Of a DNA stretch of 64,000 bases, positions 1 to 12,891 are shown in pieces; position 1 is the stretch's first letter, and every line of letters starts with the position of its first letter. The notes beneath the pieces are model-generated. The model saw only the letters and a program-made list of their open reading frames with translations. It did not search any database and had not been told where the DNA came from. Made by a program: the position numbers and the translations under genes. The stretch comes from Podarcis muralis (taxonomy: Eukaryota), in assembly GCF_964188315.1 (NCBI RefSeq), contig NC_135655.1, forward strand, positions 78,616,001 to 78,680,000, read 5' to 3'.

Positions 1-1239
1 AAAATGCATATTTTGATAGAAAATATGCTTAGAATATTTTGTGGGGGAAATATATTTTAAAATGCATATTTAAATGTGAATTTTCTTGCATATCTTACAC
101 ACACACACACACACACTTTAATACAGAAAGAGGGCCAGAACGAACATCTGGGTGGATACATTCATTAAGTGACACAGACTGGAAATGTGGAAGGCTTGGT
201 TACTAATGGTGGATGTCAGAGACACAAGAGCTAACAAATGGGCAACTTTAGGAGTCAGGGGTGGGACCTTCAAGCAGGTCCTTGTATAAACTCAAATTAT
301 CCGGATAAACCATCTCTGCTTGATTTGGCAAATGTTTCCTCCCTCAATATTGTTCCTATAATGCTAATAACAAGACTCCTTCAAGGCAAGCCTTGGTAGC
401 AAAAAAACAAAAAATCAAATAAGCATCCTAATAAACCAGAGCAACAATTCTGAAAGCTTTCAACCTATGCTGTGATTAAAGTCTTCCCGGCTATGGCGAG
501 AGAAAAGATGCTTTTGACACAATGAAAGCAACCCCAGTCTCTAATTCCCCAGGTTGAATGCTAAAATTGATGCTTTCAACAATGCTTAATATATATTTCC
601 AGCTTCCATTCCTTTCCCCAGGCAGCCTAGAGTAAATAAGACACAAATATAAAACATACTTATTTTGATTTCCCCCTTTTGGGCATTTGCCCTAAAATTT
701 ACTAGACAGTAGCACACAAGCACTTAATGACACAAAAATAAGAAGTATGATATAAGAACTTTTGTGCTGTAACACAGGAGCCAACCAAGCCTTCATGCTC
801 TGAAGCACTCAAAAGGCAACCATAAAAGTCGCCCCACTCTTATTTACAAAAATATGCCTCCTGGATTTTCAAGTCACATCTGTTTAGCTCACTGACAAGG
901 CAGCATTTCCACTCATGCCACCTGACTGGAGCTGATACAGTTGCAGGAAAGCAAGAAGTGGCAGAAAAGCAAGAATTTACTCAATTGGTCAGTGCTCAGA
1001 TCCAGACTCTGGAAGCATTTCCCAATATGACACAAGGTAGAAAATGGACCCAAGCTGGTAGAAATTCAAGATGACATTATCTGAGGTGGCCTGAGAGAAC
1101 ATGTCAGAACAGGGGACAGGCAAAGGACTAGGCAAGCATTATTATTGAATAAGGACTTAGCCATACTTATCTTTCCTCTGCATTTTGCAGGCATGGTCCA
1201 CCATTTAAAGTTTCATGTCCAAGTGTCCTTTTTTGCTTT

Positions 1240-1377
1240 TTGCTCCAGAGCTTTCTCTGCAAAAACCTGCTCTTTAAAGTTCAATTGGAGCAACCATCAA
1301 TCTGTGGAAAACTCAAGTTGATGTTTGCTCTTATTTAGCTTTAAAGAGCAGGCTTTTGTGGAGGAAGTTTGGGGCAA
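1240..1377. repeat. Imperfect ~140-bp palindrome, probably an old foldback/MITE-like element
   Basis: cctgctctttaaag (1266-1279) is the exact reverse complement of ctttaaagagcagg (1339-1352); the outer and inner arms also align with mismatches. Confidence 0.6.
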
Positions 1378-3525
1378 ACGAAAAACAAAAAACCCAGCTG
1401 CTTAGCTAAAGAGCAGGGCAGAAGGTAAGTGTGAAGAAGCCCTAAAGTAACTTATTTTCAATGGGTATCAGAAGGTAGAGTTTGCAGAACCAGCTCATTA
1501 CTAGAAGAAACAACTATATGTAAGATAAAGTAAAGGGCATGATATATGTAAGCTAAGTGAATTAATTTGACTCGGGAGGACTGTGGATACATTGAATTAT
1601 ATAGACTATAAAAATACATGAATGAAGCTAATGCTGTAATATATTTTACTGATCATTGCTGATTATCATAATGTTTTATGTTGCCTGCACGTGTGCATAT
1701 TCTTTCTTAAAAGAAAACAGAATACGTTTTTTATATTAACAAAGAAGCGGGGCAGGCCGTTCACTTTTTGTGGGGGGAGACTGGATGAGCACCTCTTTTA
1801 TCAAATACACAAGCCATTTGGATCTAGGAGAGCTCTTTGCATCTACCATTAAAGGCCTGTCTCAGTCAAATTCTTCACCAGAGCTTTCAAACATCCCTTT
1901 CGGGAAAAGTGTGCCACACACAGAAATGACAGGCTGTTTGGTGAGTGAGTGTAGGCCAGCTGTTCAGATTCTCTTCATACAGAGTATAGAAAGGTGAAGT
2001 TGGGGTAAGGAAAAGTGGGAGAGGCTGGATAGCTCTGGCCAGGGCTGGGGATGGATCACTTCCATCAGTGGAAGAGATTCTAGTTACTCCTACAATCCTA
2101 TGCAGACAGCATCCTGAAGCAGTATAGTACCTATGACTTTTGTAGCACCAGCAGTGTCAGTCTGCTAGTCTGAAAGATGCAGCAAAATCACATGGTAAGA
2201 TTTAGCCTCTGACATTCATGCCAGGGTGACTTCCAGGTTAGACTGTACTAACACTATGACTTAGCTTGGGTCTAGCCAATGTAGTGCCCTCCAATGTAGT
2301 TGCTGGATTGCAGCTCCCCTGACCGTTGGCCATGCAGGCTGGGACTGATGGGATTTGGGAGTCCAAGAACATCTACATGGCACTCTGGGTCAGCTGCATG
2401 CGCCAAAATGAAACTGCTATGTGCATTTATGGGCACATCTTAGGAGCTCCTTCTGACATCTAAGAATATGCAGAGATTATTGTTGACGGTTATCTGTGCA
2501 GCGGCTAAAAATACACTACAAAGAGATCACATTTTAGCCTTTCCCCCTAAAAGATGACACCGTCTTTTCCAACTCCACATGCAATCACTCCTTCTTAATA
2601 ACTGTCCTGCAGCCAAGGAAGGAGTTTGCAGCCAGAGAGCAAGATAACAAGAAAAACACTCCTCATGGGGCACAAAGCTGCAGATCAGAGGGTAGAGGAG
2701 AAAACTCACAGTGACTGATGTATCTGGAAGGAAATATCCCCCCACAGCACATCCATCTTGCAGGCACTTCTGTCAATAGCCCAATTGCCACTATTCCTCT
2801 CGTGCCAATCGAGCCCTCGTGCTTCTGTACCAAAGGAGGCTGACTTGCCCAACCCCTCCACCTTATCTCCACCTTCCACAGGATACTTAATTACAGGCGC
2901 CTTGTGTATTGAGTGCCAGGCAGGGATCTATTCATCAAGCGCCTCCTGCTGCCGGGCCAGGTTATGAGGAGGGAAGCGGAAGATCTATGGATTTAATTAA
3001 ACTCGGCACTATCCATCCCTGCTTACAAGACAGGTGCTCATAATTCAGCTCTGGAAGCACCAGCTGACGGGTATTTGCCAAGGGTGCTCTTCTGCTGGCC
3101 TCTTGCTTTTCACTCTGAGATGGAGCAAGACACAAAGGGGAAAGGGCAGCAAGAGCCCTGGGAAAAGAAGAGCAAGGCGGCGACTGCTTATATAGTCTGC
3201 CAACAATATATATACCCAGTATGCACATGCCAGGTAAAGTCTATACACACTCCCAAACCCCCTTTGCCTTTTCATGAAGGATCACAGCTGCCTGCTATCT
3301 TATTTTTAGCTTTTCCTTCCTGCAACACACATACACACACACGTACATGTCGTGATTACAGTTCTTTGCTGGCTCAGTTGCTTGATTCATCTGGGACTAT
3401 TTTTCTAAGTGTATTTATCACCCCACAGGCGTGGAGCAATGGACCAGCTCTTGGCTTGTGCACTAAAAAAAAGTGAACACTGAGAGCTAAGCAGTTGCAG
3501 GCAGTTATATACCGAAGGTCTAGTG

Positions 3526-3661
3526 CAGTGTTTCCCAACCTTGTGCCTCCAGCTGTTTTTGGCCTACAATTCCCATCATCCCTTGCCACTGGTCTTGCTA
3601 GTCAGGGATGATGGGAGTTGTAGGCCAAAAACATCTGGAGGCACAAGGTTGGGAAACACTG
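3526..3661. mobile_element. hAT-type palindromic MITE (136 bp)
   Basis: TIRs cagtgtttcccaacctt / aaggttgggaaacactg; 8-bp TSD gtctagtg at 3518-3525 and 3662-3669. Confidence 0.92.
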
Positions 3662-3669
3662 GTCTAGTG

Positions 3670-4313
3670 CACTGGTTCTCAAAACTCTTTTTCTCTGGGC
3701 CACATTTTCAGAATGAAAATTTGCTTGTGCCACACCAATTTATTTTTAATTGATAAGAAATACATCAGAAAACAAAAAGAAGCAACTCCTAGCAGTGTTT
3801 GATTTATAACATAGAACACAACTACTTTATAACATGATCATGGGGCATCCAGAAAGTATAAAACAATGCAACATTAATTATTCCCAAAATATAATTATAA
3901 ACGAGCCTCTTACATATGTACCTTAAATATGTATACAAACTCAATGAGATGTGTGAGCTTGCTTATGCCAGGTAATCTCATTTATATTAGGTCCAATTTG
4001 AGACAAACACACTCTCATCTCCTCATCAATACAAAGAAGCCTTTCCCTTTTCTGATCTTTTCATATGCAAATCTCTATTCACAACCATATGTCATGGAGA
4101 ACTGCAGAAGAATAGCCAATGCTCTTGAAGAGAGGCATGCATATTGTTTCTGGTTGTATGTATGTATGCATAATATTTTTATACTATACTATGCTATACT
4201 ATACTACACTTAAATGTTCAAATGCTTCTTTGATTGTCCTTGATTTTCTTGCTACACTTGCCATTCACTCCTGCCACAGCAGTGTGGCACAATACACCCT
4301 TTGAGAACCACTG
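3670..4313. mobile_element. Non-autonomous hAT element (644 bp)
   Basis: Ends cactggttctcaaa / tttgagaaccactg (1 mismatch); flanked by gtctagtg (3662-3669) and gcctagtg (4314-4321); AT-rich non-coding interior. Confidence 0.8.
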
Positions 4314-4876
4314 GCCTAGTGAAAGGGCGTTGGACTAAATGACTTCAAAGAGAATTTTCAGCCCTGCACATTACAATTTCTGCCCTCTTTGGGGGGGGGG
4401 GAGAAAAACCCACACATTTAGACCTCTGATGTATCTAACTCAGAAAAAACAAAACCCGAGTTTAGAGGTTTGCTGCCCTACAGTGCAATCATATAGACGT
4501 TTACTCAAAAGTCCGTCCAAAGCTCCGTTCAATGGAATTTACTCCCAGGAAGGTGTGCACACTCACTAATTCCCTATCCTCCATACAAAGAAGCAAGGAG
4601 CCTTAGCAGAGTTCAATGACACATTCCAGCCAAGCAAAAACACTTCAAGTGCAAAGCCAGAACCTTTGCAAAGTGTGGCCTGGAGACAGGGTGCCTCATA
4701 GTACAATGGTGCTTTTTGGCATGACAATGGAAGGTCTCAATACATGGAAAACCAATAAACTCTACAGGATCGTGCTGGCATGCTCTTTTCTTCACCAACT
4801 ACACACATTGCAGGTTGCAGGAGGAATCCTGTATCAAGCTAAGGCTGCAAAACCTGAGGGGGGAGGGGCGCTTTAC

Positions 4877-4943
4877 CTGTATAGAGTGAAATGTAGGGTG
4901 AATCGATGACCTCAAACTTGAAGCTGGGCAGAAAAACACGCCA
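4877..4943 (-). CDS. B4GALNT4: B4GALNT4 coding exon (~exon 9)
   Basis: ctctttcag|TGG CGT...ACA G|gtaaag; 67 nt; WRVFLPSFKFEVIDSPYISLYT(D). No following exon was found in 1-4876. Confidence 0.95.
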
Positions 4944-7900
4944 CTGAAAGAGACAAGAGAATGATAAAGAAAGGTCAATCTATATATGCATGCATTTTGT
5001 GTGCTCCTGCATGTGGGGGAAATGAAGTTTACGGAAGACCAGCTGGTAGGAATGTGAATGGGGAGGAATTCAGGAGAGTCCAGAAGGCAGCCTGCTAGAG
5101 TTCCCATTCAATGCCTATTTCACACCGGCTGGCGACTGTTTCTGCCCCATGTGGCTCTTCATCTGCTCTCTGGCGCAACTACTTGGGAGAACATGTTGCA
5201 TGGAGGAAGTGTGTGCTCCACGCCCAGCCAGCGGCCTGCTGTTCCTTGGGCATGTGGCACTTTGGGGCTGAGCCCAAGAATCAGGTGGCACTACCCACCA
5301 TAGCCGGTAGCTTAACTAGGAAAGTTTGCTCTGTGTTTGGAAGTAAAAAAGGAAGAAAGTTGCAGCACACAGCTCAAGGCTTTTGCCTGGCTGTAGTTCC
5401 ATCTGGTGCAGCTTCTGGCCTTCAGAACGCAGGTGTGAATCAACTACAGAGATAACAAACTGAGTCACTGCACTGATCCGATAACAGCTTTTTAGTGTTA
5501 CTAGCTAGTGTGGCCTGGCCACACCCTGCCATTGGGTCAAGAACATGCAATTCTGCTGAATCGTCCTGATCCTTTTCTGGATAATGGGCAACAGTCACTA
5601 TATTTTACTTGGAGCAGGCCCAGTGAAATGACTGAACATGACTAAGTTAGTTAAACTTGGTTGAATAACACCCAGTATTATTTTTGGTTGTTCTCTAACC
5701 TGCAGACAACTTGGGCAGCTGTTACTCAACAACTGCCAGGAACACAGTCATCTTAAAACATATTAGCACTTTTTCTTTCCATTTTTTTTTTTTACAGGAA
5801 CATTGTATTTTCTGAGCACTCAGCCAATTTCTTTCTTTCTTTTGCTGGGAAAGTGAGAAGTGAGTGCTGTGTGGAATGAAGTTGCCCAAGTGTCACACTG
5901 TCTGGATAGTGCCTGGGTCATCAATATGATGGGTGCCTCCTCCACTGCCCAATATGTGCCATTTGGTGAACTTTTTCAATAAGTTCTATTATATTTTAAC
6001 TCTTCCTTAAAAATATATATTAAAAAACCCAGCAGTCCTCATGCAGGATGCACATGCAGCCATTTAAAACATCAACACAAAAGGACCCTCTTAGCCTCAC
6101 CACATAATGAGCCTCCTCTACAAGCATGTTTGTGTGTTAATAAATTATTTGCAGGCCATATGCTTATTTATTTTATTAATTTTATTTCTATACTGCCCTT
6201 CATCTTAGCATCACAGGGAGGTATACTGCCCCTCTCCAGCAATGAAGCACAATTACAAACTGTTTGGGAGATGCTTCTGAGCTCTCTGACATTCAGCTGA
6301 ACCCTTGTTCCTTCTTTTGACTAAGGAACTGTAACATGCTGTGGCTTTCTATTAAAAGGGTAAGCAAAGGGTACCTACACAAGTAGTAAAAGAAAAAAGA
6401 AAAGGTGTTGAAAGGCTGAACCCAGCTCTTCTCTCATTCAGAGCAGGAGCAATGGGATCAGTGAACCAAACACTGATTCAGTTGACTGAACTGCCCTTCC
6501 CCCACTTGCCCATGTGCATTTGGTTATTTTAAAAGCAAAGCACAATTTTAATTTTAAAAAGCTGATAAGCTGTTCTAAGTAAGCAAAAGTTGTTTTGTAA
6601 CGTCACTGGCACCAGCCAGTCAGAACTGTGCATACCCAGCTTCTGCTGTGAACACACACAGAACTGGGAGGGAAGATGTAATTTTTTTAACAAATCCAAA
6701 GAGTGTGCGCACACTTCCATAGCAGGCTCACCATTATGCATGTCCCTGAGAGGAAGCGCTTCTGTACCATCATTGTAAGGAACACAGCCCAGGATTTAAG
6801 CAGAGGAGAGTCAAACAGCTGCTATTCGGGCTCACTGCTAATATTTCTGTAGCTAAGTAGACATACTGTTTTGCTATGTAACAGTTTGTAATGTCGAAAC
6901 ATGAAGTAGTTTTAATAAAGGCTGCTTCCTTTTCTCCTGCAGCAGGCTGGAGATTTATTATTGTTAATCGGGGTGCCTGGAAGGCCTCTGTAATGACTGA
7001 CAAGCTTTCCAACATCGTGTAAAGTGGCAAAAGCAGTAATGTGTCAATGTTCATCTGTCTAGTTTACACACTTGCTTTTAGACAGGCCCATATGCTGTTC
7101 ATTCTGCACATTTAGTACTTACGTAGACATGCTAAATAGCTGATGAGCAGGAAGAACAACCTTGCATGCGTACGTGCTTCATATCCATCAAAGCAACCAG
7201 ACGATTGGTGCATATTATTTTAAAGCAAAGATAAATCCCATCTGGTAATTTTTTTTTTTCACATTCCCTGCACTCTGGGTGTTACACCTGCCAGGGTGAC
7301 CTAGAATCCTTTTGGCAGAGACTTCACAGCAGAGACAGGCAGCCATTGGGAAGGAAGAGCATTTGCACTGAGTGGCTCTTCTTCCTTTTAATTTAGATGT
7401 GGGATGAATGGAGCCTCTTTAAAAAGACTAATATTTCACCTCCAGCAGCCTGCTGTGCAGCAAAGGCTTCTGTAAAGGGAACACAGCTCCTCTGAGAGGC
7501 ATGAAAATGAGGCTATTTTAAAGTTTCTAGGAGATGGGAGACATTTTATCTTGAGAATAAAAGAGTTTAAGAAATTACCAGCTAGGAAGTCCCTCTCATA
7601 CTCCCTTCTGGCTCTTTCCCCAGAGAAGGACACAATTAATTTTAAGGAGAAAAGACTTTTCTCCTCAAGCTCTGAGGAAAATGAGAAAAATGGTCTAAGG
7701 AATAATCTTCCTCCCTCCCTCTGCTTTACTGTAAAGCAGATTCAGGAAGTTTAAATGGTGGAAAACATGTTTCATTCTGCTAGCTTTGGGGGGCAAATAT
7801 GTACCTTTGGGTGCCTCATGGCCAGACGCTTTTTCCTCAACTGGTAATCTGCAAACTAGTCCTGAGTTAATAAGAGCCGTTTCAAAATTGACCAGTGAAA

Positions 7901-8131
7901 GCTGTGCTAAAGATGTCTTTTTGACTATAAAGGCTTCTTTGATGGGGATGGAAGGTTTATTTACTGTCAAGATTTTTAGTCAAGAGAGCACAAAACAGAA
8001 GGCTTCTTGGCCTTTTTTTGGCTAAGATCAAGTGTAGGTCTGTTTCTATTTTTCAAAACAAGTTTAATATTCCTACCAGGTGCTCTGTACCTTAAAGTGG
8101 GGGGAGGCTTGAGAGGGATTTATTTACTCAC

Positions 8132-8210
8132 ACCAACTTCCACATGGTCTGAGCCACGGTCGTCCTGCTTGTGGAGGAGCTCGAAGTAATAGCGCCTAGA
8201 GGAAAGGACA
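8132..8210 (-). CDS. B4GALNT4: B4GALNT4 coding exon (~exon 8)
   Basis: tcccacacag|T GTC...GTT GGT|gtgagt; 79 nt; (R)[26 protein letters not shown]. Confidence 0.97.
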
Positions 8211-11200
8211 CTGTGTGGGAAGCAAAGGAGATCATTAGAAAACAGCAAGCATACTTCCAAGGTTACATGAATTCGAGGACTGCCATGCTGTTGTCCCTGA
8301 GGAACTCTCAGCTACAGCAGATGCTGGAGGGCCGGGGAACAGAAATCTTAGGTGAATGAAGCTGGTGAGTGAAGCCAGTTTCCACCCACACTCTTCCACA
8401 CTGACTCTTCAGCAATAAGTATTGTGTGTGCCCAGAGATAGGGGAAGAAGAAGGTAGGATTGTGGTTCTATTTGTACAGTTCAGTTGCCATTTTCTTAGC
8501 CAATTTCCTCCTCTTTCCAGGATCTCTCAAACACCATGATCTAGCTGGAAAATGCACTCCATACCCAAGAGTGGAATTCAACAGCACACTAAGGCGATTG
8601 TTCTGTCTCTGCAAGCGTTTCTGCTTGCCTGATCTCCCCTCTCCTTTCCCCATGGGCTGTCCTAGGGGTTCTCCCAACCCTCCTGAGCAGCTCTGGGGAG
8701 GACACAGAGGGAGGGGAGAAAGTCCCATTGCAGGACTTTTTATGCTAACTTCTTATAGCGCAATAACTTAGCTGAATCTGGGCCAAAAGTGTGCTCACCC
8801 TCCGCATATCAATGCTCCAAACACAGAAAGAATTGTGCAGGAGTGTGCAAAATCACCCAATCTTCCACAATGTATTTATCATGGCATCAATCATATTTTC
8901 ACAGAATTAGGAGCAATTTAGCAGTGGCTGGTGTGAGGGAAAGAGGAAGAGGATGGTGTTGCAGTGGCCAAGCGCTTGAGCTGTAATCTGAAAAGTCAAG
9001 TGCTTTAAACATCATCTCAGCCACAAACATTCCAGCCCCACCTCCCCTTGGTCCCTCAACCTCAGCTCTCTCCCTGCTTTCCTTCTGAAATGTAAGGGCA
9101 ACAACAACAATCTGTTTTGCAGCATGGTTGTAAGGATCATTGAATGCTAAGAGTCAAAGCCACGGTCTTTAAATCACTTGCCTGCCCTGTTTATGTATAA
9201 AGCATAGGGCTGGGGGAAATCTGCTTTCAACATCAACTCTGATACTAGGAGTGAACTGGGATAAAAGAAAAGTGCCTGATGCAATGGACTATGGAGAAGT
9301 TACAGCTCTCCTCGCCCATAATAGTGTTATCAGTACAGACAGCAGAGTCAGGATGGGGAAGAGGAGATAGATATGGGGACAGAGAAGAAGTACCAGAGAG
9401 AGAATGGGACACAGGCATGCGTAGCACAAAGAAATTCTGCTTTCTAATTACTGGAAGCCCCACCTGCAGCCTCATTTGGCAATACAATCTGTATCACGCG
9501 CTGTCCACATAGGTTCAGTTTTTTTGCCCATTTAAGTTCAGTTATTTTCTGTACAACTAGGCTAGACTCAAGACATTTCTTCTTCCTCCCAACTGAAATC
9601 TGGATACCTTCAGATGTGAGCCAAATTCCAAACCATGCAGCAGGATTTCATATAGGACACAAACACAGAGCCTCAGCACAGGAACAAAGCAAACTAGGAA
9701 GGATTCGGGAAGCATTCAGGAAACAACCATCTACATTGAAAAGGAGTGGAGCAAAAGGTTTAGGAATAGAACTAAAGAACAGATATGAAGAGAATGCTGC
9801 CAGCAGTTCTGGAGGCAATAGATGCCCACACCCAGTTGACAGAGGCAAGGCATTGCAGGCGCAGTTGCAGCTGAGATCCCGCTGTTCGATCACTGCTGCC
9901 TGTCAGTCCTGATCAGTGAGAGCAGAGGGCTCCTAAAATCCTTCTCACACAGGCTCTCGCTGGCTTGGTGTGCTGCATGCCACTGCTGCCATGGTAACCA
10001 TATCCATCTCTCACACAGCGAGACAGAAGGCTCTTCTCTGCCTTAAGCTGCCCAAGACACCAGATACTTGGGATGCTGGGTTCATTTCACAGCACACACA
10101 AACACCCTGGGCTGACAGACCTTTGGTACTTTTCATGCAAGAGATTGTCAAGTGCTGGGAAGAAAGTGCAGGCCAACCCCATGGGGAGAATGGAGGGGTG
10201 GCGGCTGCCAACTTCAGCTGGTGCCTGCTAACTCAGCTGCAGCCATGGTTCAGCAGAGATGTGGTGCTTCAGAAGCCTGGCGGAGAGAGTAGCTGATCCA
10301 TAGAGCTGGTGGCAAAGGCAATGGGCCAGGTGGAATCTTCCTGGAAACATGGGCTTGTACAGAACACCTCAAACACAAATAGCAAGGAGAGGGACTGCCC
10401 TAACATCAAGCAGCCGCCAAAGTGGGAGGGACTAGAGTGGACTGGAAGAGCATGTGCTTTGTATGCACAAGGTCACCTCTGGCAGGAAAACAAGAGCTCT
10501 GCCTGGAGACCCTGCTGCCAGTCAGAGTACAGTACTGGGCTTGATGGACTGTTTCCTATGTTCTCCAGGCAGTAGCCTCACACGTCTTCAGGAACTGTAA
10601 GCTTCACACCACCTCTGGAATTCAGTCACTGGCTGCAAACAGAGGCACGTGCAGACACACCGAAGATTATTAGGCATGGCGCCTGAAGGGAGTTGCCTAG
10701 AAAAGCTAAACACTTCTATTGCTTCTGAGAGCAGGGTGCCCATGTTTGGGAAGATACTGAAGGGTAGAAAGCATAAAATTGACTGTGGTGGTTTTCTTCA
10801 TAGTTTTGCTTTCTGAACATTTCCAGGTTTGAATTCGCTCATCTTGATTACTATCTCTTTCCCACTGTAAACCACTAATTTCTGGTAATATTGCTGCCAG
10901 TCTTTGTGTTATGTTGCAGTTTGATTGTGTTGCTCCACTGACAAATCTTTTTCTTCTTCAACTCTCACTTCTTACTTCTAGTGTTACTGTTCTGAATTAT
11001 CTGTCCCCTTTGTATTTGCTGCCAACTTGCTTTGGGATCTCTTGTTATGATCAGGTTTAGTTTCTTCACTCTTCTTCCAGGGGTGGCCAGTCCCATTTTG
11101 CCAGCTGACATGAATGGGAAGGTGGTTCCCCTGCCTTGCTTACCAGTCACACAGTGGCTTCCAGAAAAATCTCACCAGAAGCCATCACACAACCCTGGCG

Positions 11201-12838
11201 CTGGTGGCGGGAAGAGTGCCACCCTGAGGGATTCCACAGCTCAAAGCAGCTGCTACAGTGCAGGCTACTTCATGAGCAGGCTAGTTCTGTCTTCCTCCCT
11301 CTTTTAGCTAGGCCTCAGATTTCTTGTTCCATGACTGATCTGCATCCATTTTCTTCTGTCTTTCCATAGGCTGAAATGCTATCACTGTTAATATTTAGCA
11401 TTTCACTCTTCACTTACTTCAAACTTTGAAACATTTCCCCCCAGCCATTACTTCTTAACAGTTACCTACTTCTTCTCTTCCTTTTTAATACTGATGTGTT
11501 TGTATATCAAGGGAAATGAATAAATGATCAACTTCTTGTAACAAGTTGTTTGAGTAGATGTTGCTGCTCCAGAACATGTACATAGTCTTGTCCCTTACTT
11601 TCTTCTTCCTGGAGATGACTTTGGATTGTAGGATTTTTTTAAAAACAACAACACCATATATATTTTTAAAACAAACCTCCAAGCCATGCCCAACTCTTCA
11701 GCCAAAAACAGGGTTCAGTTCTGCATATGCAGAGACAATACTGCTCAGTTTGGATTTGGCAATGGGGAGGTGTGGTGTGTGTGTGTGCTTAATTAAACCC
11801 CTTCCTAGCCAGATGTGAGCAGGTCTTGCTGTTGTTTGGATTTAGGACCACAGGGTTTGCTCAAGTGAAACAATAGGAAATGCATTCATCCTTTTTTCAT
11901 CAAGCTGCCTAAGCTTTGGACTTACAATACTAAAGTTCACAAGGGTGAAAAACAAGAGAGATGAAATCACCCAAATGGGACTACAGGAGAAGTCTTCTCT
12001 TTAGCCTTCTGAGTGCAGTAGCAGAGCTGTGTGAAGACTTGATACCAAAATAGCAAAGATGTGGCGCTGCTGCAGGACAGGAATGAGGTGTGACAGATGC
12101 AGTAGTGCTGTGGAACGCTTTTTAAAATAAATAAATAAATAAATAAATAATCCTATCTGTGTTACCCCTTTCATATCTTATTACATCCCATTATCCATCA
12201 GGTAACGGAAAGAGAATCAAATCCATCTCTTTTGCCATGTGTGTGATGTGAGAGCACTGCTCTGTGTAACCAGGGTGTGTAAACCAAGAACACCAAGCCC
12301 TGCTCACCACAACTGTGGTTCAATTGGAGGAGAAGGAAGAGGAGGAGAGGAGAAAAAAATATCTCAAAATTTCCCTTGGGAACTCCAGGACATACACTAG
12401 GCAGGCTCTTGTTCTCCAAGCTGGCCGAGCTCCAATCAGCTGCTTCAAGGAACTCTGTGTGGCAAATGTGCCCAAACTATTCTTGCCACCACCAACAGTC
12501 CCCGCCCTTCCCTCCCACTTCCTTTCATCGGCTCCCTAATTAGATTACAGCACTGAATTGTTCCCAGCTAATCATCTGCAAGGGAATCTGAAGTATATTC
12601 ACACCCCACACTGAGCGCTTTTAAATGGTAGCCCCACAGGGGTGCCAGAAATCTTGCAAGGCCTATTCATGAGCCAACCACAACCCTTGCAGGCAACAGT
12701 CTATGACAGCGGTTACAGGGAAACCTTGGGCTCTCCCCATCTTGATTGTTTAGAGGAGTAACAGGGAACCTGTGATCCTCCAGATGTTACTGGGCTGCTA
12801 TTGGGAGTATTTTCTTATGGCAAATCCACTGCACCATA

Positions 12839-12891
12839 TGTTGTTGTTTAGTCGTTTAGTCGTGTCTGACTCTTCGTGACCCCATGGACCA
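12839..12891 (-). mobile_element. RTE-BovB 3' terminal fragment with (AAC)n tail
   Basis: gttgttgtttagtcgtttagtcgtgtctgactcttcgtgaccccatggacc is the reverse complement of the BovB-type 3' end; a second copy is at 30464. Confidence 0.75.

Noticed and set aside
1480-1745. AT-rich stretch as an L1 3' remnant (similar stretches near 47930-48060 and 50640-50790)
   Set aside because: No ORF remnant or TSD could be confirmed by eye.
3360-3392. cag|ATGAATCA as a candidate start of the next exon (DES...)
   Set aside because: In-frame TGA after four codons and no polypyrimidine tract; the next exon is probably outside the window.
6820-7060. Possible ancient conserved non-coding element or old SINE (also considered for 45330-46000)
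   Set aside because: Only a compositional impression; it cannot be supported without a cross-species alignment.
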